A DNA stretch of 39,759 nucleotides from an uncultured Candidatus Saccharibacteria bacterium (GCA_964536215.1 CAZHWT010000006.1:1-39759); one strand, 5' to 3'. Shown: positions 9,408 through 19,578, counted from the first letter of the stretch. Made by a program: numbers and translations. The notes: generated by a model from the sequence alone, not told the origin.

Positions 9408-10313
9408 CTAGGCAATTTTCTTTAGCACATCCTCTAACGACTTTTCACCCAGGTTCTTAACGGCCAAAAGCTCTTCGTGACTCTTAGCTCGCATATCACC
9501 TACTGTCTCAATGCCAGCCTTCTTCAAGCTATTCAAAACTCTGGTCGGAATACCCAACTCCTCCAAGCTAGAGCTATCATCTATATCGCTAGCCTTAGCT
9601 TTAGACGTAGCCGCGCTCGCCGTCTCGGCCTCTTCTGGATTCTGACCATTCAAAGAGCTAAATGCTTCAACTAACAGCGCTGTAGCCTGGCTAAAGGCCT
9701 CAGCCGGGCTAATCGAACCATCTGTCGTAATTTCCATAGTCAAGCGATCCAAGTTAGTCATCTGACCTACGCGAGTATCCTCAACCGCATAGTTTACACG
9801 CACGACCGGACTAAACTTAGCGTCCAGCCCCATAACGCCAATTGGCAAACTCTCTTCTGGAGCAACCTGATAACCTCGACCACGCTGAACGGTTAGTTCA
9901 AATGAAACCTTCGACTTAGCCTCGGTCAACGTAACCAACTCTAAATCAGGATTAGCCACTTCTACACCAGTTGGACACTTCAAATCGGCAGCTGTTATGA
10001 CGCCGACACCCTTCGCCTCTAAACGAACAATTTGAGGTTGGTCAGTATGAACCGCAAAGCGGACTTTCTTCACCCGAAGCAACAATTCAACCACATCTTC
10101 CTTAACTCCAGGCAATGTGCTAAATTCATGCGATGCGCCATCAATACGCAACTGAGTAACTGCCGCCCCAGTCAATTGAGACAACAGTACGCGTCGCAAG
10201 GCGTTTCCCAGTGTCTGACCAAATCCAGACATTAATGGCTCAATCACCAAAGTGGCCCGGCTGGCATCATGCTCTGTAATTTCAGTATTTGGCACAAAAG
10301 CTAATAGTGACAT
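9408..10313 (-). CDS. rpoA: RNA polymerase alpha subunit
   Basis: GFGQTLGNALRRVLLS, HEFSTLPGVKEDV, alpha-CTD KNLGEKSLED; start at ATG 10313 behind GGAG. Confidence 0.98.
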   Translation of the reverse strand: MSLLAFVPNTEITEHDASRATLVIEPLMSGFGQTLGNALRRVLLSQLTGAAVTQLRIDGASHEFSTLPGVKEDVVELLLRVKKVRFAVHTDQPQIVRLEAKGVGVITAADLKCPTGVEVANPDLELVTLTEAKSKVSFELTVQRGRGYQVAPEESLPIGVMGLDAKFSPVVRVNYAVEDTRVGQMTNLDRLTMEITTDGSISPAEAFSQATALLVEAFSSLNGQNPEEAETASAATSKAKASDIDDSSSLEELGIPTRVLNSLKKAGIETVGDMRAKSHEELLAVKNLGEKSLEDVLKKIA

Positions 10314-10341
10314 ATATACTCCTAAACTCTTACTCCGCCCA

Positions 10342-10950
10342 CTAGCGTGAGTAGTACTCAACAATCAACTGCTCTTCAATCGGGAAAGTGATTTGTTCTC
10401 GAACTGGCAGATCTTTTACAACTCCTGCTCCACCCTTCCGCTCCATCCAGGTTGGAATCTGATCATCCTTAACCGTCTTCATATGCTCAACAACCGCCGG
10501 AATATTTGTCGCTTTAGAACCCAGACTAACTACATCGCCTGGCTTAAGATTGTAAGAGGGGATAGTCACCGTTTTGCCATTAACTAATACATGACCGTGA
10601 TTCACCATCTGACGAGCCAACCGCTTAGTTGAAGCGAAACCGAGTAAGAATACTACATGATCCAATCGGCTCTCTAAAATCTGCAGCAGCGTTAGTCCAG
10701 TTGCTCCTGAGTTCTTAACCGCCCAATCAAAATATTTTTCAAATTGCTTTTCCAATACGCCATAATAGCGCTTAACTTTCTGCTTCTCGCGCAACTGCAG
10801 GGCGTAGTTAGATGGCTTACGTCCACGGGCCAAGCCGTGCTGTCCTGGAGGCACCGCCCCCTTACGAACGACTGGGCATTTGTCGCTGCCACACAAAGCG
10901 ATTCCTTCGCGTCGGCATAATCTGTGTTGTGGTCCTGTATATCTAGCCAT
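10342..10950 (-). CDS. rpsD: 30S ribosomal protein uS4
   Basis: MARYTGP, QLREKQK, LESRLD, IVEYYSR. Confidence 0.98.
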   Translation of the reverse strand: MARYTGPQHRLCRREGIALCGSDKCPVVRKGAVPPGQHGLARGRKPSNYALQLREKQKVKRYYGVLEKQFEKYFDWAVKNSGATGLTLLQILESRLDHVVFLLGFASTKRLARQMVNHGHVLVNGKTVTIPSYNLKPGDVVSLGSKATNIPAVVEHMKTVKDDQIPTWMERKGGAGVVKDLPVREQITFPIEEQLIVEYYSR

Positions 10951-11025
10951 AATAAAATTAGTTAATTAGTTATTAGTTACTTGGTTCCTTCATTCATATC
11001 TAATCACACATTAGTGTCATTCGCC

Positions 11026-11406
11026 TTACACTCTTCGTCGCTTACGCGGTCGACAGCCATTATGTGGCTGAGAAGTGACATCAGTAATACTGACTACATC
11101 AATGTTAGCATTCTTAAACGACCGAATTGCTGCATCTCTACCTGAACCAGGCCCTTTCACAAAGATGGACACCTTCTGCAAACCGGACTCCTTAGCTCGG
11201 GCCGTTACCTGATCCATAGCCGTCGTAGCCGCAAATGGTGTTGACTTACGCGACCCCTTAAACCCAGCCATACCCGCTGAGCCCCAGGCAATCACATTGC
11301 CCTGCTCATCGGTAATAGAAATGATAGTATTATTAAACGTAGCCTGAACATATACTCGTCCAACTGCTACCTGCTTCATCTGCTTTTTTCGTCGTGTAAT
11401 TGCCAT
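11026..11406 (-). CDS. rpsK: 30S ribosomal protein uS11
   Basis: [31 protein letters not shown]. Confidence 0.98.
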   Translation of the reverse strand: MAITRRKKQMKQVAVGRVYVQATFNNTIISITDEQGNVIAWGSAGMAGFKGSRKSTPFAATTAMDQVTARAKESGLQKVSIFVKGPGSGRDAAIRSFKNANIDVVSITDVTSQPHNGCRPRKRRRV

Positions 11407-11512
11407 AATTCAAATAAATCCTAAGCTAAAAGTTCTTATGTTACAAAGTGAATAACTACTCACCACCCACCCCTGTCCGTCCCAGCAGGGTCGAAACTCA
11501 CTACTAACAATC

Positions 11513-11896
11513 CTACGTCTTCTGCAGCACGCGACGCATGCCCCCAACAGTCTGCTTCTTACCCCGTCGAGTTCGAGCATTATGTCGAGTCCGCTGCCCG
11601 CGAGCCGGCAAATTCTTCTTGTGGCGAGTCCCGCGATATGCGCCAATATCCACTAATCGCTTAATGTTGTCATTGGTCTGGCGGCGCAGCTCGCCTTCAA
11701 CAGTGAAATGCTGTTCAATTAACTGATTCAACCGAGAAATATCCTCGTCACTCAAGTCACGAGCTTTCATATCAGTAGCAATACGGGCCAGCCCCAACAA
11801 CTTACGAGAGGCCGACAATCCTAGCCCTTGCACATATGGCAGGCTATATTCAACCTTTTTATCGTTTGGAATATCAACTCCGGCAATTCGTGGCAT
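11513..11896 (-). CDS. rpsM: 30S ribosomal protein uS13
   Basis: MPRIAGVDIP, YRGTRH, RGQRTRHNARTR. Confidence 0.98.
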   Translation of the reverse strand: MPRIAGVDIPNDKKVEYSLPYVQGLGLSASRKLLGLARIATDMKARDLSDEDISRLNQLIEQHFTVEGELRRQTNDNIKRLVDIGAYRGTRHKKNLPARGQRTRHNARTRRGKKQTVGGMRRVLQKT

Positions 11897-11901
11897 AAAA
11901 A

Positions 11902-12015
11902 TTATCCTTGGCGCTGCTTGTGGCGCGGATTGGTGCAAATAACCCGCACAACTCCCTTGCGCTTAATTGTCTTGCATTTGGTGCATCGTGTTGTAACTGA
12001 GGCCGAAACTTTCAT
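11902..12015 (-). CDS. rpmJ: 50S ribosomal protein bL36 (Zn-binding form)
   Basis: MKVSASV...CTKC...C...HKQRQG, 37 aa. Confidence 0.97.
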   Translation of the reverse strand: MKVSASVTTRCTKCKTIKRKGVVRVICTNPRHKQRQG

Positions 12016-12040
12016 AACCTTTTCCTTAATTTCAAATTGT

Positions 12041-12283
12041 TTACCGATACCGATAAATAATCCGCCCCTTAGACAAATCAGGCGGTACAACTACTACTTT
12101 TACTCTATCTCCAGGCAACACCCGAATCCGACGCGTCCGCATTTTACCCGATAGCGTCGCTAAAAGCATCGCCTCGCGAACTTCACCACCAGCGGCTGGC
12201 ACCTGCATCTTTACTCGAAACATAGTGTTTGGCAATGCTTCTGCAACCACCCCATCAAGTTCAACGCTGTTAGTAGTAGCCAT
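12041..12283 (-). CDS. infA: Translation initiation factor IF-1
   Basis: [35 protein letters not shown]. Confidence 0.97.
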   Translation of the reverse strand: MATTNSVELDGVVAEALPNTMFRVKMQVPAAGGEVREAMLLATLSGKMRTRRIRVLPGDRVKVVVVPPDLSKGRIIYRYR

Positions 12284-12341
12284 AAAAAAGATCACCGTGT
12301 TTCCCTGTCGATCTGAAGCCAGATCATGGTGATACTGGCGG

Positions 12342-12371
12342 ATTATACCGCACTCCTACCCCATTCGTCAA
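12342..12371 (-). promoter_or_regulatory. Sigma70-type promoter upstream of infA
   Basis: Minus strand TTGACG-N18-TATAAT followed by CCGCC, the same discriminator as the rpsL promoter. Confidence 0.75.
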
Positions 12372-12379
12372 CACTTCAG

Positions 12380-13204
12380 TCATTCTGCTAGTTCTTGCAG
12401 TCCCAAAAGGAATAGTAAGGCTGGCTTTTGACGCATTAAATGCAAGTTCCCATACACAATGAACAGATTTCGACCAGCTCGCCAGGTCTCAATTATCCGC
12501 TCAACCATAAACACATCTCTAAAATCACCCACATGGCGATCTATATCATTTAAGGCGGATTGAACAACCCGGCCAGAAATAATCCGCTGCAAAGAATTCT
12601 TCCTCTCCATAGATATAGGTTCCCCTGCTATTTCTTCTGCCATCCGATACAGCTCACCAAAACCCCACTCAGAGGGCATAGTATATTTGTCCTGCCAATT
12701 CTGTATGTATGACCGCAAATATTGCTCAACCGGTGGACCATCTATCAGCCTATGCCATTGCACCAACGTCCGAACAAAATAGAAGCTAAAAATCTCCTCA
12801 TCTGAAAACATTGTTCGCAAAAAATTAATCTCATCTAATCTCTTCGGCTCAGGCCGAAACTCGGCCACGCCCGCCTGTCGCGCCAACAATCTCACATAGG
12901 CACTTTCCCCGCCAGCGCGAATTGTTGCTTCCGCATCATCGGTGACCGGCTCAAAATTACCTTCAAAAAACACCGTTTGCTCCTGGCCAGAGGTATTAGA
13001 AGATAAGAACTTCCGCCAAAACGCCTCAATCTCTTCAAACATTGGATTACTAGCATCATAAAAATGCACCGCCCCAAAGTAAAACAATCGCCGCTGCGCG
13101 TCCCCCAATATAGCCGTCTGCCAACACTCTTTCATCTCCGCTGGCAAAGCCGCGATTACCGATTGAGGCGCCAACAACGACTGTACTTGCATTGACTCAG
13201 TCAT
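12380..13204 (-). CDS. Hypothetical protein (~274 aa)
   Basis: Long ORF; AAGGAG before ATG 13204, which overlaps the upstream stop. Candidate metal or catalytic motifs FGAVH, FFEG, YGNLH. Confidence 0.7.
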   Translation of the reverse strand: MTESMQVQSLLAPQSVIAALPAEMKECWQTAILGDAQRRLFYFGAVHFYDASNPMFEEIEAFWRKFLSSNTSGQEQTVFFEGNFEPVTDDAEATIRAGGESAYVRLLARQAGVAEFRPEPKRLDEINFLRTMFSDEEIFSFYFVRTLVQWHRLIDGPPVEQYLRSYIQNWQDKYTMPSEWGFGELYRMAEEIAGEPISMERKNSLQRIISGRVVQSALNDIDRHVGDFRDVFMVERIIETWRAGRNLFIVYGNLHLMRQKPALLFLLGLQELAE

Positions 13205-14033
13205 AATCACTCCTTATTAACTCGTTATTATCCGCACCATACACCCGCCCCACCTCATCGCCAATCCACTCCGCCAGCTGCACCACTAAACCCTTTATCT
13301 GACGCATTTCACCAACTGGATTCAAGGCCAACTCCAATACCTGCCGCATTTCTGGCTCTTTATCTGGGTAATATTTAGAAAACAGTGAGTAACAATAATA
13401 CAAGTCTCGCGTATATCCTTGCTCCCGCTCCATTACCAGCTCTGCTCCCGATCGCAACAAGCGCTTCATCATCCAAACACACCTACCCGCGGTAAAAGCA
13501 TATTCCCCGTTCTCAAACTTGAGTATAATCGCCAATAGCTCTTCCCGTACATCCAAGGCATGTAGTACCATACTTCGTCCCGGTTTAACGGCAGGCAAGA
13601 CGTTAGCTAAATCCTGTCCATATACACAAACTGAATACACTTTTATCAAGAACCAATTCGGATTCTGTCTCGACTCAAGTGGCTCCAATAGCTTAACGCT
13701 CGTTTCAATTCCGCGGCAAAACGGATAACATTTTTCTAAATTGCGACGCACAGAATCGAGCTCGGACTTCTGTTTCTCACCCAGATACTCCCTAACCACC
13801 ACCATCATATCCAAATCCGACATCCCATCAATAGCCTCACCACGGGACGCCGATCCACGCACATATACGCTATGCAGATTCTCACCCAACACTCGTCGGC
13901 ACACCTCCACCACCGCCTCCGCTGCCTCACGCCACTTCGCCTGCATCTTCTCCACCGCCGAGGACGACACAATATAGCCATCCTTATCCACACCCAAAAC
14001 TGAACCAACCGGCTGTATCTCAATTCTTGCCAC
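13197..14033 (-). CDS. Pol-beta superfamily nucleotidyltransferase domain protein
   Basis: SVYVRGSASRG...SDLDM signature, helical C-terminal domain; GGAGG before GTG. Confidence 0.88.
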   Translation of the reverse strand: MARIEIQPVGSVLGVDKDGYIVSSSAVEKMQAKWREAAEAVVEVCRRVLGENLHSVYVRGSASRGEAIDGMSDLDMMVVVREYLGEKQKSELDSVRRNLEKCYPFCRGIETSVKLLEPLESRQNPNWFLIKVYSVCVYGQDLANVLPAVKPGRSMVLHALDVREELLAIILKFENGEYAFTAGRCVWMMKRLLRSGAELVMEREQGYTRDLYYCYSLFSKYYPDKEPEMRQVLELALNPVGEMRQIKGLVVQLAEWIGDEVGRVYGADNNELIRSDYD

Positions 14034-14085
14034 TCATCAACCCTCCATGGAAGTTATTTGTTACTTTCCTCCAGAGGCAGACAGG

Positions 14086-14225
14086 AGTTACTTGGTTACT
14101 TGGTTCAAGTAGGTCTCTGGGAAAAGATTGCTTCGTCATTCGTCTATTTGTTAACTCGCCTGTTCGATACTTCGTTATTCGTATCTTCGTATAACCATAA
14201 ACTACAAACTATAAACCATAAACTC
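14086..14225. repeat. Degenerate 8-mer and 7-mer tandem arrays
   Basis: GTTACTTG x2, ATTCGTCT-like 8-mers, TAAACCA/TAAACTA/CAAACTA heptamers. Confidence 0.8.
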
Positions 14226-14755
14226 ATTCGTAATCGTATTCCCACCCCGGCTGCCACTGCCACGGCGCCGTTACAGCATCCAACACCGACACCCCTTTAA
14301 TCCAATGCTCCAACCCATACTGGGTCGCCCGATGACCAATAATCATTACCCGCTTACCATCATAATCCCGCTTCAAATCGTCTAAAAACGACTTCATCCT
14401 AGTAGCGCAATCCTCATAGCTTTCACCATTAGGAAAAGGTATCTCAATCCGCTGTCGCTTCTGCTCATCCACCTCTTTGCTCGACTTACGAGTAAAATCA
14501 CCGTAATCGCATTCACGCAACCGGGCATCCTGCACAATCGGAAACTTTTCACCAAAGGCTATCTCAGCCGTTTTATACGACCGCTGCAAATCCGAACAAA
14601 AAAACGGCTGCAAAAGATTCATCTGCATGCCGTCGTCCCAATTCTTTCGATTGCTCTAACCCCAGAGCAGACAATTCAACGTCAAAATGCCCCGACGACA
14701 CATGCGCCTCATTGTCCACCGTCGTACTGTGGGCTTCAAAAATAATCGTCACCAT
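14224..14755 (-). pseudogene. Histidine phosphatase family protein split by a frameshift at a T7 run
   Basis: N-terminal part (IIFEAHSTT...LSALGLEQS...AAVF) and C-terminal part (CSDLQRSYKTA...LRECDYG...GES...IGH) join in frame if one T of the run at 14598-14604 is removed. Confidence 0.8.
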
Positions 14756-14766
14756 ATCCTACCTCC

Positions 14767-14826
14767 TACTTATATAAGTAATCAAAAAGTATTATATAAT
14801 AAAAATAATTTAATTATATAATACTT
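14767..14826. promoter_or_regulatory. AT-rich palindromic operator-like region
   Basis: TACTTATATAAGTA perfect palindrome (14767-14780), plus 14-bp inverted repeat AAGTATTATATAAT/ATTATATAATACTT (14787-14800/14813-14826). Confidence 0.6.
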
Positions 14827-14859
14827 CAAATATATCTCAGATAAACCAAAGCAAGGTCA

Positions 14860-15170
14860 ATTCGTTTTGTTCGCTTATTCGTTTATTCGATCGCGTAATT
14901 AGTAATCCGTACCGCATAATTCGAACCTCGGATAATCGGGTCTCGGGCAAATCGTACTTCGTTATTCGCCTATTCGTTATTCGCATAACTCCCGTCCGCC
15001 TCGGGCGGAAAAAACTCCTGCCCGCCCCGTCAGGGTCGGGATAAACGAAAAACGAAAAACTCGCTCGTAGCTAGCTATTCGTAAAACTGTAAACCGTAAA
15101 CTGCAAACTACAAACTATTCGTAATATCGGCGCAGCGAGCCGACTAAGCCGAGCTTCGATCGGCGAGCCT
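14860..15170. repeat. Composite repeat spacer: ATTCG arrays, GC hairpins, heptamer runs
   Basis: TATTCG arrays, TCCGCC-TCG-GGCGGA hairpin, ACGAAAA x2, AAACTGT/AAACCGT/AAACTGC/AAACTAC/AAACTAT run. Confidence 0.8.
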
Positions 15171-15171
15171 A

Positions 15172-15924
15172 CTACTGAGTCAGGACCTGCGGTCCTGCCG
15201 CAGTCACCGCCACCGTATGCTCAAATTGAGCCGTCAAACTCTTATCCTTACTCACTACTTGCCAATCATCTTTAAGCGTCCTAACCCCTGGCCCACCCAT
15301 ATTCATCATCACTTCAATCGCCAGAGTCATCCCCTCCTTAAGCATCACACCCGTTCCAGGACGGCCAAAGCACGGCACCATCGGTTCCATATGCAACTCT
15401 GTCCCCACTCCATGCCCAACAAATTCTCGAATCACGCTATACCCTGCCGACTCGACCGTTTTTTGCATAATGGCCGAAATATCGCCAACCCTATTCCCAA
15501 CCACCGCTTGATCAATGGCCAAAGACAAAGCCTTCTCCCCCGTTTTTACAAACCGCTGCACCGCCTCAGACACAGCGCCTATCCCACCAATCACTGTCGT
15601 AGCGGTAGTATCCACGTGTAACCCTTGCCAAATCAAGCCAATATCCAACGAAAAAATATCGCCCTGCTGTAAGGGCCGCTTATTAGGAAAGCCATGCAAA
15701 ATTAACTCGTTTACATTGGCACAAATAGTATAAGGAAATCCGCCATAGCCTTTAAAATTAGGCTTGCCACCTGTCTTTACGATCAAAGACTCGGCCAAAG
15801 CGTCCAGCTCTAAGGTGGTTACGCCAGGCTGCGCCGCTGCCACCACTGCATCCCGACACCGGGCCAACTTTGCCCCGCCTTCAGTCATAATCGCCAGTTG
15901 TTGCTCAGTTTTAAGCTCAATCAT
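15172..15924 (-). CDS. map: Methionine aminopeptidase type I
   Basis: HGFP, SLDIG, DTT, GHGVG...HMEP, AIEVM, AQFEHTV. Confidence 0.97.
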   Translation of the reverse strand: MIELKTEQQLAIMTEGGAKLARCRDAVVAAAQPGVTTLELDALAESLIVKTGGKPNFKGYGGFPYTICANVNELILHGFPNKRPLQQGDIFSLDIGLIWQGLHVDTTATTVIGGIGAVSEAVQRFVKTGEKALSLAIDQAVVGNRVGDISAIMQKTVESAGYSVIREFVGHGVGTELHMEPMVPCFGRPGTGVMLKEGMTLAIEVMMNMGGPGVRTLKDDWQVVSKDKSLTAQFEHTVAVTAAGPQVLTQ

Positions 15925-16457
15925 CGATTCAAATTGAGGCGGGAGAACAAATCGGCCAAAATCTCTTCTACTGGTCGGTTAGCATCCACCTCTTCTAACA
16001 CATCTTTCTGTCGGTAAAACTCCAACACTTTATCAGCCTCAGTAGCGTATTGCTCCAATCGATGTCGAATAATCTCTGGAGTATCATCCGTCCGATGGCG
16101 AGCCAACAGCCGCTTCATGCCCTCTTCTGCAGTCAAATGCAAATGGAAGGCCACATCAATCTTGGCTTGCAGGGCCTCAGCCTGAGCCAAAGTCCGAGGA
16201 AACCCTTCTAGAATAAACCCGTGCGCCGCATCAACTTGCGTCAACCGCTGCTCCACCAACGGAATCATCTCCTCGTCGGAAAAATAATCTCCCCGCTCCA
16301 ACCGTTCGCGAATATTCTGGCCAGTCTCACCACTATGTGAGGCAAATGTCCGCAACATTCCGCCAGTCGAAATATACGGAATATGCAGCGCCGCAGACAA
16401 CAAATGCGCCTGAGTAGACTTGCCGGCACCATGCGGTCCAAGCAGTAAAATGTTCAC
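15921..16457 (-). CDS. adk: Adenylate kinase, short form without LID domain
   Basis: GPHGAGKSTQA, ISTG, EGFPRT, RTDD; located between secY and map. Confidence 0.93.
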   Translation of the reverse strand: MNILLLGPHGAGKSTQAHLLSAALHIPYISTGGMLRTFASHSGETGQNIRERLERGDYFSDEEMIPLVEQRLTQVDAAHGFILEGFPRTLAQAEALQAKIDVAFHLHLTAEEGMKRLLARHRTDDTPEIIRHRLEQYATEADKVLEFYRQKDVLEEVDANRPVEEILADLFSRLNLNR

Positions 16458-17734
16458 GATCGCAAGAATCCTTCGTAATTCCGCATAACCAACATCGATT
16501 CAACCTGTTTAGCCGTTTCCAAAATCACTGCAATGACAATTAACAAACTGGTTCCACCGAGCGCCAACGAACCAATGTCGGGGAAAACCGCTTGCAAGGC
16601 ATACGGCAGCACCGCAATAACACCCAAGAATAACCCGCCAATCAGCGTAATCCGCACCAAAATCTGCTGCAGATAATTACTAGTTGACTTGCCTGGTCGA
16701 ATTCCTGGAATAAATCCACCATACTTCTGTAAATCTTCCGCAATTCTCGTCGGATTAAAAGTCACAGTGGAATAGAAAAAGCTAAACGCCACCACTAGCA
16801 CAAAATAAATCAAGGCAAAATAAAGCGTATCATTAAAGAAAGCTTGCACGGATTGGGCCGCCTGAGCTACCCAGTCAATTTTGTAGTTAACCAGATAGCC
16901 AGCAATTGTTCCCGGGAACAATACCAAAGAGATAGCAAAGATAATCGGAATAACTCCAGCTTGGTTAACTCGTAGTGGAATGTAGGTCGACTGGCCACCC
17001 ACCAACCGGTTGCCGCTCAGCCGCTTAGCGTACTGCACCGGAATCCGCCGCTGTCCTTCGGTAATATAGACTGTTCCCATTACCACCAACAATATAATCG
17101 CCGCCAGCATAAACCATATCATGCCGTTCTGACTAGTCTGCGTTGCCAACGCTTGTTGTATCTCAATCGGCAAACGAGCCAAAATACCAGCAAAAATTAA
17201 TATCGACACGCCGTTGCCAATCCCTTTCTCAGTGATTAACTCACCCAGCCACACCAGGAACAAGGCGCCAGCCGTCATAGTCAAGACCAATAAGCTAATA
17301 TGGATAATATCCATCGATTGTATGACCCCTTGACTGCGCAATAGAGCATACGCACCAATACCCTGCACAATCGCCAACGGCACGGTCAAATAACGAGTAT
17401 AACGGTTAATTTTTTGCTGACCTTGTTCACCTTCTTTAGACAGCTCCTCCAACTTAGGGAAGACCATCGTCAATAGCTGAATAATAATAGAAGCATTAAT
17501 GTACGGGTTTAAACCCAAACCAACAATAGAGAAGTTAGCCAATCCACCACCTGAGAACAGGTTAATCAGGTTAAGCAGTTGATTTCCATTAATCAAAGCC
17601 TGCAGCTGTGTTACGTCTACCCCAGGCATGGGAATAAACGTCAGCACACGATAAATCGCAATCAACAAAAGGGTGAATAAAATCTTTGACCGTAAGTCAG
17701 GTGTGTTCCAGATGTTGCGTAATAATCGGATCAT
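16454..17734 (-). CDS. secY: Preprotein translocase SecY
   Basis: PYINASIIIQLL, GIGNGVS, NQAGVIPIIFA, IPGIRPG, GGTSLLI. Confidence 0.98.
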   Translation of the reverse strand: MIRLLRNIWNTPDLRSKILFTLLLIAIYRVLTFIPMPGVDVTQLQALINGNQLLNLINLFSGGGLANFSIVGLGLNPYINASIIIQLLTMVFPKLEELSKEGEQGQQKINRYTRYLTVPLAIVQGIGAYALLRSQGVIQSMDIIHISLLVLTMTAGALFLVWLGELITEKGIGNGVSILIFAGILARLPIEIQQALATQTSQNGMIWFMLAAIILLVVMGTVYITEGQRRIPVQYAKRLSGNRLVGGQSTYIPLRVNQAGVIPIIFAISLVLFPGTIAGYLVNYKIDWVAQAAQSVQAFFNDTLYFALIYFVLVVAFSFFYSTVTFNPTRIAEDLQKYGGFIPGIRPGKSTSNYLQQILVRITLIGGLFLGVIAVLPYALQAVFPDIGSLALGGTSLLIVIAVILETAKQVESMLVMRNYEGFLRS

Positions 17735-17748
17735 GCGGTAAATTCCGC

Positions 17749-18159
17749 TTACCCTTTCAGCCGTTCAGCCGCCACCCGGGTTAGCTCTACTCCTTCAAAT
17801 GTAAAAGACTCTTTACCCGTCAGGCCAATCACTTTAATGGCACCAGTATACATAACCGGCACTATGCCATGCTCTTTTAGTACGTCAGGCGTGATCGTAG
17901 TATTAGCCGGTACAATCGATAGACGAGCAGCATTAACCGCCAGCGGCTTATGGCGATGAGATGTATTACCCAAACCACGTCGGAAGGGCAATCGCTTAAT
18001 CAATGGCAACTGACCGCCTTCAAAGCCCGGTCGCGTAGTCCCGCGAGCCTTTTGCCCTTTCATACCTCGTCCAGAAGTCTTGGCCTTACCGCTACCGTTA
18101 CCTCGACCAACACGCTTTTTTGACTTATCGACAATTGTCGTTAAATTAGACAGTTCCAT
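17749..18159 (-). CDS. rplO: 50S ribosomal protein uL15
   Basis: [18 protein letters not shown]. Confidence 0.97.
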   Translation of the reverse strand: MELSNLTTIVDKSKKRVGRGNGSGKAKTSGRGMKGQKARGTTRPGFEGGQLPLIKRLPFRRGLGNTSHRHKPLAVNAARLSIVPANTTITPDVLKEHGIVPVMYTGAIKVIGLTGKESFTFEGVELTRVAAERLKG

Positions 18160-18673
18160 GAGTAACTTCCTTTTCCTTAGCTTTCTTTGTCGTCGGCGCT
18201 TCCTGTCGAGCCTTCAACTGCTTTAGAGCTTCCATAGTAGCATATACGTTACTAATTTTATTACTCGTCCCCAATACTTTAGACAAAATATTGTGAATAC
18301 CAGCCGCTTCTACTACTGCCCGCACAGCGCCACCTGCAATCACTCCGGTACCCTCTGGAGCCGGCTTAAGCAGTACTCTAGCTGCACCCAACTTTACTTC
18401 AATCGGATGTGGGATAGTCGACTTGTAGGTCGGGACCGTAAACAACTGCTTTTTAGCTCTGGTAACCCCTTTGCGGATAGCTTCAGACACTTCTGGAGCC
18501 TTACCCAAACCTACTCCAACTCGACCCTTTTTATCACCAACTACCACCATAGCGCTAAATGACATAGTATTGCCACCGCTAGTCTTTTTGGAGGTCCGAT
18601 TTAGCTGAACTACCTGCTCAACAAACTCGCTCTTTGGCTGATCATTCGATTGTACGCGTCGCTTAGTAACCAT
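18146..18673 (-). CDS. rpsE: 30S ribosomal protein uS5
   Basis: [23 protein letters not shown]. Confidence 0.98.
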   Translation of the reverse strand: MVTKRRVQSNDQPKSEFVEQVVQLNRTSKKTSGGNTMSFSAMVVVGDKKGRVGVGLGKAPEVSEAIRKGVTRAKKQLFTVPTYKSTIPHPIEVKLGAARVLLKPAPEGTGVIAGGAVRAVVEAAGIHNILSKVLGTSNKISNVYATMEALKQLKARQEAPTTKKAKEKEVTHGTV

Positions 18674-18675
18674 AC

Positions 18676-19026
18676 TTAAAACTGTAACCCTTTCTGTCGT
18701 AGCTCATCAGCCACTGCTTTAATCCGGCCATGATACTTATACCCACCACGATCAAATACCAAAGTAGTCACCTTTTTCTCCGCCGCTCGATCCGCTAACA
18801 ATCGGCCAACTGCCGCTGCTCGCTCAGTTTTGGTGCCCTTAACCTCTTTACCTAAATCATGACCGCTAGCCGAAACCAAAGTGGCCCCTTTAGCATCATC
18901 AATCAACTGACAAATAACCTGGGTATTAGAGCGGAAAATAGATAACCGAGGCTTCTCGGCCGTTCCTTTAAGTTGAAATCGAATTCTGTTGTGACGCCGT
19001 GTTCGGCCGTACGTATGTTTCTGCAT
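18676..19026 (-). CDS. rplR: 50S ribosomal protein uL18
   Basis: [20 protein letters not shown]. Confidence 0.98.
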   Translation of the reverse strand: MQKHTYGRTRRHNRIRFQLKGTAEKPRLSIFRSNTQVICQLIDDAKGATLVSASGHDLGKEVKGTKTERAAAVGRLLADRAAEKKVTTLVFDRGGYKYHGRIKAVADELRQKGLQF

Positions 19027-19029
19027 AAT

Positions 19030-19578
19030 TTACTTTCCTCCCACCTTAGCCGCCTTACCAGCTTTGCGGCGAATAACTTCACCCATATAGTGAATACCTT
19101 TACCCTTATATGGCTCTGGCGGCTTAACCCCGCGGATCTCCGCCGCTACCTGCCCAACTACTTCCTTATCAATACCGCTGACACTAATCTTAGTGTTTTC
19201 AGCTACGGCAAAAGTAACATTAGCCGGAGGCTCGATAATAACTGGGTGAGAGAATCCAACTGATAGTTGCAACTTATTGCCCTGCATCGAAGCCCGATGT
19301 CCCACACCAGCCATTTCTAGCTGTTTAGTAAAACCTTCAGTTACGCCATGAACCATATTAGCCAATAGCGAGCGATACAATCCCCACAAAGCTTTGGATC
19401 GTTTGGTCTGCTCAACCACCACTGCACTAGCCTGTCCATCAGCAATCTGAATGGTAATCTCAGGCTCTAAGCGCTGCGACAGCTCACCCTTAGCCCCTTT
19501 AACAGTAAGCAAGTTCCCTTGCAATTCAACTGTAACACCTGCCGGAATAGTTACCGGCATCTTACCAATTCGAGACAT
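19030..19578 (-). CDS. rplF: 50S ribosomal protein uL6
   Basis: MSRIGK, GFSHPV, PPEPYKGKGI. Confidence 0.98.
   Translation of the reverse strand: MSRIGKMPVTIPAGVTVELQGNLLTVKGAKGELSQRLEPEITIQIADGQASAVVVEQTKRSKALWGLYRSLLANMVHGVTEGFTKQLEMAGVGHRASMQGNKLQLSVGFSHPVIIEPPANVTFAVAENTKISVSGIDKEVVGQVAAEIRGVKPPEPYKGKGIHYMGEVIRRKAGKAAKVGGK

Noticed and set aside
13197-14033. Assigning the NTase to CBASS or an MNT-HEPN toxin-antitoxin system
   Set aside because: No recognisable effector, Cap or HEPN gene adjacent; only the generic pol-beta motif is supported.
14860-15170. Possible CRISPR array or tRNA in the repeat-rich spacers
   Set aside because: No constant 25-45 nt repeats separated by unique spacers, no cas genes, and no cloverleaf recognised.
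18146-18159. Absence of rpmD (uL30) between rpsE and rplO as a novelty
   Set aside because: An established feature of CPR genomes; used only as a taxonomic clue.
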